This document shows positions 14,549 to 23,395 of a stretch of DNA of 32,557 bases, piece by piece. Both the position numbers and the translations under genes were made by a program. The stretch comes from Candidatus Aminicenantes bacterium (GTDB lineage: Bacteria; Acidobacteriota; Aminicenantia; Aminicenantales; UBA8522), in assembly GCA_016934895.1 (NCBI GenBank), contig JAFGRZ010000169.1, forward strand, positions 1-32,557, written 5' to 3'. The stretch's first letter is position 1, and the number at the start of each line of letters is the position of its first letter. The notes under the pieces were generated by a model. The model saw only the letters and a list, made by a program, of their open reading frames with translations. It was not told the DNA's origin and ran no database searches.

Positions 14549-16117
14549 GTGCCCAAGAATTCTCTCGCTTATGCCCTGGCCAACCCCCTGGCCGTCATGC
14601 TCGACAAGGATCCCCGGGATTTCACCCGGGCCGACTTCCTCAAGGTGATCGCCGAGAAGCGGATCGAGCGGATCACTTTCCATTACACCGGCCTTGACGG
14701 CAAGCTCAAAGAACTCAAACTCCCCGTCTCCGATCCCGATCAGGCGGAATCCATCCTGGCCGAGGGAGAGCGGGTGGACGGCTCATCCCTTTTCAAAGGC
14801 ATGGTGGACGCTTCGCTTTCCGACCTCTATGTCGCGCCCGTCTACAGCACGGCGTTCATCAATCCCCTGGACGAGGGGAGCCTCGATTTCATCTGCCGCT
14901 ACCTGACCAACGACGGAGATTTCGCCCCGTTCGCTCTCGACAGCATCCTGGCCAAGGCCTGCCGGGTGTTCCGCCGGAATTCCGGGCTGGAACTCCAGAT
15001 CATGGGCGAGCTTGAATTCTTTCTGATCGGAGACCACGGTCCCCGCCTTTATCCCGCCCAGAAACAGCAGGGGTACCACGCCGCCGCGCCCTATCTCAAG
15101 AGCGGCCCGATCCTCAATGAGATCGTGCGCTCGATCACCCAGATCACGGGAGCGGTCAAGTATGCGCACAGCGAAGTGGGGTATGTCGAAAGCGTCCATT
15201 CCGACCTTGAGGAAATCAGCGGCAAACAGGCCGAACAGCTCGAAGTCGAGTTCACACCCCGGCCGGCAGAAGAGATGGCCGACGCCCTCGTCCTGGGCCG
15301 CTGGCTCATCCGGAACATCGCCTATCAGCACGGCTGTGTCGCCACGTTCACGCCCAAAATCGAGGAAGGGATCGCCGGGAACGGCCTCCATTTTCACATG
15401 GAGCTCCTCAAGGATGGGAAAAACATTATGGCTGACAATAAGGGGAAACTCACGGCCCGGGCGCGGCGTCTGGTCGGCGGCCTGTGCGCCTATGCCGATT
15501 CGTTGACCGCCTTCGGAAATACGGTTTCGTCGGCCTATCTGAGGCTTGTGCCCCACCAGGAAGCGCCCACGCGCGTCTGCTGGAGCGACCTGAACCGGAG
15601 CGCCCTGATCCGCGTTCCCCTTGGCTGGGGAAACCTCCGGGATCTCGGCAAACGGCTCAATCCCCGGGAGAGGGGCGATTTCTCCGCCGACCAAGGCCGG
15701 CAGACGGTCGAGCTCCGGAGCCCCGACGGCAGCGCCATCATCCATCTCCTGCTTGCCGGGATCGTGATGGCCGCCGATTGGGCCTTCCGGGAGGGCGAAT
15801 CGGCGGCCCGGAAAAACCGGCCGCTCGAACTGGCCGATAAACTTTATGTTCAGGGCAACGTCTTTGACGACCAGGCGCTTCTTCAGAGGCTTCCCGCTCT
15901 CCCGCGGAGTTGCGTCGAATCGAGCCGGGTCCTTCTCGAGAAGCGGGAACTCTATGAAAGGGACGGCATCTTTCCGCGAAGCGTCATCGATTACATGGCC
16001 AGAATGTTGCAGGGCGAGGACGACGAAACCATGAACCAGGGGTTGGCCGACCTTCCGGCCGACGACCGGCTCCATGAGACACGGAGGATCATGCACAAGG
16101 ACCTGCACCGGCACTGA
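14549..16117 (+). CDS. Glutamine synthetase-family ligase
   Basis: GTG 14549 has AAAGGAG 8 nt upstream; ATG 14507 is an alternative start. GS catalytic-domain blocks: GELEFFL, KYAHSEVG, QLEVEF, ATFTPKIEEGIAGNGLHFHMEL, NRSALIRVP, VELRSPD. Confidence 0.8.
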   Translation: MPKNSLAYALANPLAVMLDKDPRDFTRADFLKVIAEKRIERITFHYTGLDGKLKELKLPVSDPDQAESILAEGERVDGSSLFKGMVDASLSDLYVAPVYSTAFINPLDEGSLDFICRYLTNDGDFAPFALDSILAKACRVFRRNSGLELQIMGELEFFLIGDHGPRLYPAQKQQGYHAAAPYLKSGPILNEIVRSITQITGAVKYAHSEVGYVESVHSDLEEISGKQAEQLEVEFTPRPAEEMADALVLGRWLIRNIAYQHGCVATFTPKIEEGIAGNGLHFHMELLKDGKNIMADNKGKLTARARRLVGGLCAYADSLTAFGNTVSSAYLRLVPHQEAPTRVCWSDLNRSALIRVPLGWGNLRDLGKRLNPRERGDFSADQGRQTVELRSPDGSAIIHLLLAGIVMAADWAFREGESAARKNRPLELADKLYVQGNVFDDQALLQRLPALPRSCVESSRVLLEKRELYERDGIFPRSVIDYMARMLQGEDDETMNQGLADLPADDRLHETRRIMHKDLHRH

Positions 16118-16170
16118 GGTATCGGAAAAAAATCGACCGCCGGCCGGGGTGGGCCCGTCCGCAGGGATCG

Positions 16171-17235
16171 ATGGTGATGCCCAAAGAGACGATGACCCCC
16201 AAAGAGAGATGGCTGGCTGTTCTCGGGCGCCGGAAACCCGACCGGGTGCCGATGGATTACTGGGGGACCGCTGAGACCTCGGCCCTTTTGAGGAAACATC
16301 TCGGGTGCCGGACGATCGGGCAGGCGCTGGCCAGGCTCCACGTCGATTACGTCGTCCGTGTCCGGCCCGAATACCGCGGTCCCCGGCTTCCCCGGCGGAC
16401 CGATGTCTTCGGACGGAAATACGCTACGCTTGGATACGGGACCGGCTCCTATGATGAGTGCGTTCATCATCCCCTTTCCGCCTATCGTTCCGTCGAGGAA
16501 ATCGGCCGGCATTATCAATGGCCGAATCCGGACTGGTGGGATTACAGTGTTCTCCGCGGCCAGATCAGGGGACGGGAGATGTATCCCATCCGGGGCGGCG
16601 GCTCCGAGCCTTTTCTGATTTACAAGGATTTACGCGGCCAGGAACAGGCCTTCGTGGACCTCGTCGAAAATCCCGAGATCGTCCATTACTGCTTGGACCG
16701 GCTTTTCAGCCTGGCCTATGAGGACACCGTCCGCACCTATGAACAGATTCCGGGAAAGATCACGCTGACATACGTGGCCGAGGACATGGGCGGACAGAAC
16801 GACCTGATGATCTCGCTGGAGCACATCCGCGAGTTCCTTCTGCCGCGCATGAAGAGGATGATCGATCTGGCCCGACAGGGAGGGGCGGTCGTTTTTCACC
16901 ACAACGACGGCAACTGCCGCCGGGCCATACCGGACATGGTCGAGGCCGGCATCGACATCCTCAATCCCATCCAGTGGTGGAATACGGGGATGGACCGGGC
17001 GGAGCTCAAACGGGAGTTCGGTTCAAAAGTGGTCTTCCACGGCGCCATGGACAATCAGAACACGCTTCCCTTCGGCCGGCCGGACGATGTCCGCCGCGAG
17101 GTCCGCGAGAACCTGGATATCCTCGGGAAGGGGGGCGGTTACATCCTGGCACCGTGCCACAACATCCAGCCGATCACCCCGGTCGAGAATATCATCGCCA
17201 TGTATGAAGCCGGGTATGAGTTCGGCCGGACCTGA
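16171..17235 (+). CDS. Uroporphyrinogen-decarboxylase (URO-D) family protein, MtaA/CmuA-like
   Basis: 354 aa. N-terminus MTPKERWLAVLGRRKPDRVPMDYWG. Further blocks ITLTYVAEDMGGQN, VVFHHNDGNCR, GIDILNPIQ, GGGYILAPCHNIQP. The start is uncertain among 16171, 16177 and 16192. Confidence 0.7.
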   Translation: MVMPKETMTPKERWLAVLGRRKPDRVPMDYWGTAETSALLRKHLGCRTIGQALARLHVDYVVRVRPEYRGPRLPRRTDVFGRKYATLGYGTGSYDECVHHPLSAYRSVEEIGRHYQWPNPDWWDYSVLRGQIRGREMYPIRGGGSEPFLIYKDLRGQEQAFVDLVENPEIVHYCLDRLFSLAYEDTVRTYEQIPGKITLTYVAEDMGGQNDLMISLEHIREFLLPRMKRMIDLARQGGAVVFHHNDGNCRRAIPDMVEAGIDILNPIQWWNTGMDRAELKREFGSKVVFHGAMDNQNTLPFGRPDDVRREVRENLDILGKGGGYILAPCHNIQPITPVENIIAMYEAGYEFGRT

Positions 17236-17252
17236 GAGGCGCGGCCCGGATT

Positions 17253-17269
17253 GAGGCCCCTTCGGCCTC
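17253..17269. terminator. GC-rich hairpin between convergent URO-D-family and xylB genes
   Basis: GAGGCC-ccttc-GGCCTC forms a perfect 6-bp stem. It overlaps the xylB stop codon by 2 nt. Neither strand has a U-tract. Confidence 0.3.
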
Positions 17270-18776
17270 ATCGCGTCATTTCCCGGTGGTCCCTGAATTC
17301 TTTGGACAGTGTCTTCCAGAGGGAGTTGAACCTCTTCTGCAGCGAATCGTAAAGAGCGAAGTTCTTGTTCTGCGGCTCGACGGCGGGCTTCTCCGTTTTG
17401 ACCCTTTCGGCCGCGACGGCGGCGATGGAGATGCTCCGGCCTCTCTCATTCTCGAAGCTCCAAATCGACTGAAGGGCGGCTCCATAAGCCGCCGCCTCCT
17501 CTTCGGCGAGGGTGACGACCGGTGTTTTGAACACGTCGGCCGCGACCTGAAGCCAGAGCGTGCTTTTGGCCCCTCCTCCCGTCGTCCTGATCTGGTCCGG
17601 CTTCAGACCGAGCGCCCGCATCCGGGAAAAACCGTACCCGAGATTGAGGATCGCCCCTTCCATGACCGACCGGGCCAGGTGGGCGGCGTTAAAGGTCCTC
17701 CTGTCGAGCCCGAAAACGACCGCAGTCGAAAAGGGCAGGACGGGAACCCTTTCGCCGTCGATGAATGGAAGAAAGACCAGACCGTCCGCGCCGGCGGGGG
17801 CCCTGGAGGCGAGCGCTTCCAGCTCCTGGTTGGAAAGCCCGTGCATGGACTTGAAAAGCTCCGTGGTGTTGGTAACGTTCATGGTGCAGAGAAGAGGAAG
17901 CCATCCGCCGGTGCTGTCGCAAAAGGCCGCGATCTCCCCCTCGGGGTCGATAAACGGCCTGTCGAAGTAGGCGAAGATCGTCCCGGACGTGCCCAGACTG
18001 AGGGTGCAAACGCCGGGCTTGACGTTGCCCGTGCCGATGGCCGCCATCATGTTGTCTCCTCCGCCGCTCGAGACAAGAACGTCCTTCATCCCGAACCGTT
18101 TGGCGATGTCCTTTTTGAGCATGCCGAGGGGTTCTTCCGGGTGACGAGGCACGGGAAGCTTTTCTTCCAGGGAGGGATCGATGAGAGCCAGGGCATCTCG
18201 ATGCCAAACTCGTCGCTTGATGTCCATCAGTCCGGTTCCGGAGGCGTCGCCGTATTCCATGGCGGCCCTCCCTGTAAGCCAGTAGTTGAGGTAATTATGG
18301 GGAAGAAGCACGGTCTTGAGGCGCTTATAATTTTCAGGTTCCTTGCGCTTGAGCCAAAGGATCTTGGAGGCGGTGTACCCCACGGCCGGATTGATGCCGA
18401 GCTTCCGGATGACGCTTTCTTTTCCCCCGAGCGCCTTGACGATGAAGTCGGTTTCAGCGACAGTCGATGTGTCGTTCCAGAGCTTGGCCGGACGGATCGG
18501 CTTTCCTTTCCCGTCCAGGGGAACGCAGCCGTGTTGCTGACCGGAAAGGCCGAGAGAGACAATCTTTTGAGGATTGACGCGGGCCGCGGTCAGCGCCCTG
18601 GCCAGCGCTTTTTGCAGGGCCTCGACCCAGACCCGGGGTTCCTGTTCGCTTTCTCCCGGTTTCAACCCGACAACCGGGCGGTGGGGGGCGGCGCCGCGGC
18701 CCCTGACTTTGCCCTTGAAATCGACGATCAAGGCCTTGGTTCCCTGTGTTCCCGAGTCAATTCCGACGGCATACAT
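17268..18776 (-). CDS. xylB: Xylulokinase (FGGY carbohydrate kinase)
   Basis: AGGAGG lies 5-6 nt before ATG 18776; the track start at 18794 lacks an SD. N-terminus MYAVGIDSGTQGTKALI. FGGY blocks GLSGQQHG, LSLGTSGT, TTGGGAKS. Confidence 0.85.
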   Translation of the reverse strand: MYAVGIDSGTQGTKALIVDFKGKVRGRGAAPHRPVVGLKPGESEQEPRVWVEALQKALARALTAARVNPQKIVSLGLSGQQHGCVPLDGKGKPIRPAKLWNDTSTVAETDFIVKALGGKESVIRKLGINPAVGYTASKILWLKRKEPENYKRLKTVLLPHNYLNYWLTGRAAMEYGDASGTGLMDIKRRVWHRDALALIDPSLEEKLPVPRHPEEPLGMLKKDIAKRFGMKDVLVSSGGGDNMMAAIGTGNVKPGVCTLSLGTSGTIFAYFDRPFIDPEGEIAAFCDSTGGWLPLLCTMNVTNTTELFKSMHGLSNQELEALASRAPAGADGLVFLPFIDGERVPVLPFSTAVVFGLDRRTFNAAHLARSVMEGAILNLGYGFSRMRALGLKPDQIRTTGGGAKSTLWLQVAADVFKTPVVTLAEEEAAAYGAALQSIWSFENERGRSISIAAVAAERVKTEKPAVEPQNKNFALYDSLQKRFNSLWKTLSKEFRDHREMTR

Positions 18777-18916
18777 CGCGTCCTCCTGGATCATTGAACA
18801 CGGCTTGTCTCAACTCATGAACACAGAAGACATGAGAGGTGATTATTTTTCTATCAAAATCCCGGGCCAATAGCAACAAGGAGAACGCTGATGCGCATCC
18901 GTAGAACTTCAAATGA

Positions 18917-18945
18917 TTGCGGCGGGGTATGGCGATTGCTATAAT
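18917..18945 (+). promoter_or_regulatory. sigma70-like promoter for the ornithine cyclodeaminase-family gene
   Basis: TTGCGG (18917-18922), 17-nt spacer, perfect TATAAT (18940-18945). Confidence 0.45.
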
Positions 18946-19044
18946 AGGCCCCTCCTGGCGCGTATTATTGATTTTCGAAGTCAATCAGCAGATATTTGAA
19001 AGGGATGCTCATGACTGGGACTCGATAAATTTTGGAGGCGTTCG

Positions 19045-20016
19045 ATGGAACGGAAAATACTGTATCTCTCGCGGGCGGATGTGGAGGCGGCCGCCGTGCC
19101 GATGGACCGGATCATCGCCGCCGTCGAAACGATGTTCAGGGAAAAAGGGGAGGGCCGGGTGGAGATGCCGCCCAAGCCCGGTATCCACCCCCGGCCCGAT
19201 TCTTTCATCCATGCCATGCCGGCTTATATCCCTGCCCTTCATTCTGCCGGGATGAAGTGGGTGAGCGGGTTCCCTGAGAATATCGGAAAGGGCCTGCCCT
19301 ATATCAGCGGAGTGATCGTTCTGAATGATTCCGAGACGGGAATTCCCATGGCGATCATGGACGCAACCTGGATCACCGCCAAACGCACGGGTGCGGCAAC
19401 GGCCGTCGCGGCCAGGTACCTGGCCCGGGCGGACTCCGGGTCGGCCGGGATTCTGGGTTGCGGCGTTCAAGGAAGAAGCAATTTGGAAGCCCTGAAGACG
19501 CGATTTCCACTCCGCCGGGTCAAGGCCTATGACACCGATTTCCAGACACGCAGCCGTTATGCCCGGGAAATGTCCCTTAGGCTCGACCTGGATGTCATCC
19601 CTGTTGATACTCCAAAGGACGCCGTGGCCGGCGCGGATATCGTGATCACGGCCGGCCCCCTCCTCAAGACACCCCATGCGACCATCCCGCCTGGCTGGCT
19701 GGCCGAGGGAGCGTTCGCCTCGCTCGTGGACTATGATTCTTACTGGAGCCGCGCTGCCCTCAAGGAAGTGGACAAGTTCTGCACCGATGATGTTCCCCAG
19801 CTTGAATACTCCAAAACGCTCGGCTATTTCCAGGATATCCCGCCGGTCTATGCCGAACTGGGCGAACTCGTGACAGGCCGCAAGCCGGGCCGAGAGAACC
19901 CGTCAGAAAGGACCCTGACCTGCAACCTCGGCCTGGCCCTTGACGACATAGCGGCGGCGCCTTTGGTCTACCGGGCCGCGGTTGAAAAAGGCCTCGGGAC
20001 TTGGCTCCCGCTTTAG
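19045..20016 (+). CDS. Ornithine cyclodeaminase / mu-crystallin family enzyme
   Basis: GGAGG lies 6 nt before the ATG. Blocks: WITAKRTGAATAVAARYLAR, GILGCGVQGRSNLEAL, ADIVITA. Confidence 0.8.
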   Translation: MERKILYLSRADVEAAAVPMDRIIAAVETMFREKGEGRVEMPPKPGIHPRPDSFIHAMPAYIPALHSAGMKWVSGFPENIGKGLPYISGVIVLNDSETGIPMAIMDATWITAKRTGAATAVAARYLARADSGSAGILGCGVQGRSNLEALKTRFPLRRVKAYDTDFQTRSRYAREMSLRLDLDVIPVDTPKDAVAGADIVITAGPLLKTPHATIPPGWLAEGAFASLVDYDSYWSRAALKEVDKFCTDDVPQLEYSKTLGYFQDIPPVYAELGELVTGRKPGRENPSERTLTCNLGLALDDIAAAPLVYRAAVEKGLGTWLPL

Positions 20017-20040
20017 GGTCGCTTGAGTGTATTTCTGCGC

Positions 20041-20088
20041 CCGGAGATGGCTTTGTCACTGCGTTTCTCGCAATGACACATTATCCGG
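20041..20088. terminator. Possible composite hairpin between convergent genes
   Basis: Outer stem CCGGA/TCCGG. Inner stem GTCACTGC (20055-20062) pairs with GCAATGAC (20070-20077) with one mismatch. No U-tract. Confidence 0.2.
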
Positions 20089-20098
20089 TCCGTCTCGA

Positions 20099-22225
20099 TC
20101 AGTAATCCACCGCAAAGCCCATGTTGAAAAACATGAATGACCAGGCGTCCGTCAGTTGCTCGATGGCCTTGGTCACGTTGCTGGCGCCGTGCCCGGACTT
20201 CGTGTCGATCCGGATGAGCATGGGATTCCGGCAACCCTGCTTCTCCTGAAGCGTCGCCGTGAACTTGAAGGAATGGGCCGGCACCACGCGGTCGTCATGG
20301 TCGGCCGTAGTCACCAACGTCGCCGGGTAGCAGACGCCGTCCTTGATGTTGTGTAGCGGCGAATAGGTATACAGATACTTGAACTGCTCGGGGTCGTCGC
20401 TCGAACCGTACTCCACCACCCAGCCCCAGCCGACTGTGAACTTGTGGAAGCGCAGCATGTCCATGACGCCCACGGCCGGGAAGGCGACTTTGTAGAGTTC
20501 CGGCCTCTGGGTCATGCATGCCCCGACGAGCAAACCTCCGTTGGATGCGCCGGCGATGGCCAGCCTCGCCGGGGAGGTGTATCTTTCCCGGATCAGGTAT
20601 TCCGCGGCGGCGATGAAGTCGTCGAATACGTTTTGCTTGTTCTCCAGCATTCCCGCCTTGTGCCAGGTCTCGCCGTATTCACCGCCTCCTCTCAGGTTGG
20701 CCATGGCGTAGACGCCGTCATTCTCGAGCAGGATGATGTTGGAGACGTTGAAATAGGGTGTCGAACTGGCGTTGAAGCCGCCGTAGGCATAGAGATAGGT
20801 CGGCCGCTTCCCGTCGAACTCAAGACCTTTCTTGTGGACGATGAACATGGGGATCTTCGTCCCGTCCTTGCTGGGATAGAAAACCTGCTTGGCTTCGAAC
20901 ATCGCCGGGTCGAATTTGACCTCGGTTTTGCGGAAAATCTCGGAAGTCCCCGTCGGAATGTCATATTTGTAGATGGTCGGGGGATAGGTGAAAGAGGTGA
21001 ACGTGTAGAAAGTCAACGGGTCCTCTTTTTTGCCGCCGAATCCGCCGGCCGATCCGAGCGCCGGGAGCTCGATCTCCTTTTCCAGATTCCCGGCGAGGTC
21101 GTGCTGGTAGATGTGCGTGCTGGCATCTTTGAGGTAGGAGGCGAAGATCTTGCCGCCGACGATGCCGGCTCTGTTCAGGACCTCGGTTTTTTCCGGGAGG
21201 AGGACCTTCCAGTCTTCTGGAGCAGGGTTGGCGGCCTCCGCGATCACGACCTTCCAGTTTGGAGCGTCCATGTTGGTCATGAGGACGAGCCTGTCCTCAA
21301 GGTTGTTGACGACATAGGTGTCGAACTCGAAACCCTGCACAAGCGGCACGAACTCGTCTTTTTTCGCTTTCAAGTCCTTGAAAAAAAGCTCATTCCCCCG
21401 TGTCCCTTCCGAGATGTTCAGGAAAAGGTAGCGTTCGTCCTCGCTCACATCCACATTGAAATAGCGGCGGGGGTTGGCCGGGTCGGCATAGATGAGTGGG
21501 TCCTCGCTTTGCGGGGTGCCGAGCCGGTGGTAGAAAATTTTCTGGTTTTCGTTGGCGGCGGTGAGCTCCTTGCCTTCTTCCGGCTTGTCGAACCCGGAGT
21601 AGTAGAACCCCTCTCCGTGCCAGGCCGCGCCGCCGAACTTCGTCCACTGAATGCGGTCTTCGAGCTCCCGGCCCGTCTCGATCTCCATGACCCGGATCTC
21701 GGTCCAGTCCGACCCTCCTTCCGAGCGGGAATAGCAGGCGTAACGATCGTCGTTTGAAAACCCGCTCAAAAAAGCCCGGGTCGTCCCGTCCGGCGAGAGC
21801 GTGTTGGGATCGAGAAAAACGCGGGGCTCGCCGTCCAGCCCCTTTTGGATATAGATAACGCTTTGGTTTTGGAGGCCGTCGTTCTTGGTGAAGAAATAAT
21901 ATTCTCCGACGCGGAACGGCGCCGAATAACGGGGATAATTGTAGATCTCGGTCAGCCGGGCTTGGATTTTGTCGCGGAACGGAATTTTTTCCAGATAACC
22001 GAAGGTAACGGCGTTCTGGGATTCCACCCATTGTTTGACGTCCTCCGCTTGGTCATCTTCAAGCCAGCGGTAGGGGTCTGCCACCTTGGTCCCGAAGTAG
22101 TCATCCACCACGTCCCCCTTCTCGGTGACGGGGTAGGTGACCTCGGGCTGTTTTTCCTGGCAGCCGAATGGGGCCAGCAAGAGCAGGATGACCGGAATCA
22201 GGCCGAACAATTGTCTCTTACGCAT
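20099..22225 (-). CDS. Prolyl oligopeptidase (S9A serine peptidase), lipoprotein
   Basis: 708 aa with SD AAGGAGAG. Lipobox LLAPFG|C. N-terminal blocks DPYRWLED and VKQWVESQN. Catalytic region AGASNGGLLVGA, TADHDDRV, SGHG. Confidence 0.9.
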   Translation of the reverse strand: MRKRQLFGLIPVILLLLAPFGCQEKQPEVTYPVTEKGDVVDDYFGTKVADPYRWLEDDQAEDVKQWVESQNAVTFGYLEKIPFRDKIQARLTEIYNYPRYSAPFRVGEYYFFTKNDGLQNQSVIYIQKGLDGEPRVFLDPNTLSPDGTTRAFLSGFSNDDRYACYSRSEGGSDWTEIRVMEIETGRELEDRIQWTKFGGAAWHGEGFYYSGFDKPEEGKELTAANENQKIFYHRLGTPQSEDPLIYADPANPRRYFNVDVSEDERYLFLNISEGTRGNELFFKDLKAKKDEFVPLVQGFEFDTYVVNNLEDRLVLMTNMDAPNWKVVIAEAANPAPEDWKVLLPEKTEVLNRAGIVGGKIFASYLKDASTHIYQHDLAGNLEKEIELPALGSAGGFGGKKEDPLTFYTFTSFTYPPTIYKYDIPTGTSEIFRKTEVKFDPAMFEAKQVFYPSKDGTKIPMFIVHKKGLEFDGKRPTYLYAYGGFNASSTPYFNVSNIILLENDGVYAMANLRGGGEYGETWHKAGMLENKQNVFDDFIAAAEYLIRERYTSPARLAIAGASNGGLLVGACMTQRPELYKVAFPAVGVMDMLRFHKFTVGWGWVVEYGSSDDPEQFKYLYTYSPLHNIKDGVCYPATLVTTADHDDRVVPAHSFKFTATLQEKQGCRNPMLIRIDTKSGHGASNVTKAIEQLTDAWSFMFFNMGFAVDY

Positions 22226-22263
22226 CGTCTCTCCTTTTCTGGACGGTCGCCGCCAAAGAGGGC

Positions 22264-22292
22264 ATTGTATTAATAAGGGTCGTTCGGTTCAA
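22264..22292 (-). promoter_or_regulatory. sigma70-like promoter for the prolyl oligopeptidase gene
   Basis: On the minus strand: TTGAAC (22292-22287), 17-nt spacer, TACAAT (22269-22264). Confidence 0.4.
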
Positions 22293-22384
22293 GAAAAACG
22301 AACCTCCGGAACAAACCGTTTTCGAGCGCTCATTAAAACCATTGCGGCCATCTCCCTATTGAAAGCGCTTCCGGAATCCTTCAT

Positions 22385-22564
22385 TCATTCGACCGGTTGA
22401 AGAAATTCCTTGTTACAGGTGAAGCACGTGTAAACGAAGAAGCGCCGGCGCGGAGATTCGGAGATCGTGACGGGATGAGCCCACAGCCCTCCCTTCTTGA
22501 TGACATATTCCGAGCGGCAGAAGGGACAGCGGCCGTCTTCGGAAATCGGCCGCGGCTCATTCAT
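22385..22564 (-). CDS. Small (59 aa) zinc-ribbon protein, not in the supplied ORF track
   Basis: My own translation is MNEPRPISEDGRCPFCRSEYVIKKGGLWAHPVTISESPRRRFFVYTCFTCNKEFLQPVE, with a CPFC...CFTC pair. Its ATG lies 3 nt after the methyltransferase stop (TGA-TCG-ATG). Third codon positions are mostly G/C, as in neighbouring genes. Confidence 0.5.
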   Translation of the reverse strand: MNEPRPISEDGRCPFCRSEYVIKKGGLWAHPVTISESPRRRFFVYTCFTCNKEFLQPVE

Positions 22565-22567
22565 CGA

Positions 22568-23395
22568 TCATCTTCTGTAAACGAATATTGTATGCTCCTG
22601 TCCCGTTCCATCCTGGAGGGTGACGTAATCGACTTCTTTTTCTTCCCACCCAGGGATCGAGTAGTTATGGGACACGACCGGCGTGCCGGATTTGAGTTGG
22701 GCTTCGAGAAGGGGCCGGAGCAAAGCATTGGATTCAGGGAGAAGGTAGATCGTGACAACCGTGGCCGTTCTGATTTCGGCTTTCATGACGTCCTGGAGCC
22801 TGAATTCGACCAAGGACCCGACTCCCGCCTCCTTGGCTCCCCGGATGGATTCGTCGATCCGCTGGGGATCGATATCAATGCCGACGCCCCGGGTGCCGAA
22901 TTTCCGCGCGGCCGTGATGACGATCCGGCCGTCACCGCAGCCGAGATCAAAAAGGAAGTCGTCCTCGCCGACTCCGCCCAGCTCAAGCATCTTATCGACG
23001 ACGACCATCGGCGTGGGAACGAACGGAGCCAGGTCGGCGACGCCGAAGAGGCCGTGCGAACCGCTGTATAGCTCGAGATTGTCATCCGCATCATAACGGA
23101 ACGTGTAGGGAAGCCCGCACTCGAGCCGGTAATCGATCTGTTGGCCTGGCCGATCAAACGTGATGTCCAGGGGAGTTTCACAGGGCCAGCGGTCGAGAGC
23201 ATTCGGCTTGAGATATCGGACGGTCGGCTGGCTGTCTCGGATAAGCCGGCGGATCGTATAGCGGACTGTCTCTTCGGTCAGATTGCGGATGGTCGTTTCT
23301 TTCCGGGTGGGCGATACGCCCGAGACTTGTCCTTGAGCGATCGCCGCGGCCAAAACCGCCTGAACGAGGACGAGAGCGAACGCTTTTCTTCTCAT
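22568..23395 (-). CDS. Class I SAM-dependent methyltransferase with N-terminal signal peptide or anchor
   Basis: 275 aa. N-terminus MRRKAFALVLVQAVLAAAIAQGQ. SAM motif I FLFDLGCGDGRIV, followed by GVGIDIDP, VVTIYLLPE and VVSHNY. Its start overlaps the upstream stop (TGATG). Confidence 0.75.
   Translation of the reverse strand: MRRKAFALVLVQAVLAAAIAQGQVSGVSPTRKETTIRNLTEETVRYTIRRLIRDSQPTVRYLKPNALDRWPCETPLDITFDRPGQQIDYRLECGLPYTFRYDADDNLELYSGSHGLFGVADLAPFVPTPMVVVDKMLELGGVGEDDFLFDLGCGDGRIVITAARKFGTRGVGIDIDPQRIDESIRGAKEAGVGSLVEFRLQDVMKAEIRTATVVTIYLLPESNALLRPLLEAQLKSGTPVVSHNYSIPGWEEKEVDYVTLQDGTGQEHTIFVYRR

Noticed and set aside
18795-19044. The largest intergenic region (250 nt, AT-richer), considered as a possible ncRNA, tRNA or mobile-element remnant. 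It has an imperfect palindrome TTGAT-T-TTCGAA-GTCAA near 18969-18985.
   Set aside because: There are no tRNA-like arms, no terminator and no repeats. The region is adequately explained as a divergent promoter region for xylB and the cyclodeaminase-family gene. The palindrome is short and imperfect.
22397-23071. The plus-strand 224-aa ORF spanning the methyltransferase 3' half.
   Set aside because: It is antisense to a methyltransferase with clear SAM-binding motifs and to the zinc-ribbon ORF. Its translation lacks motifs.
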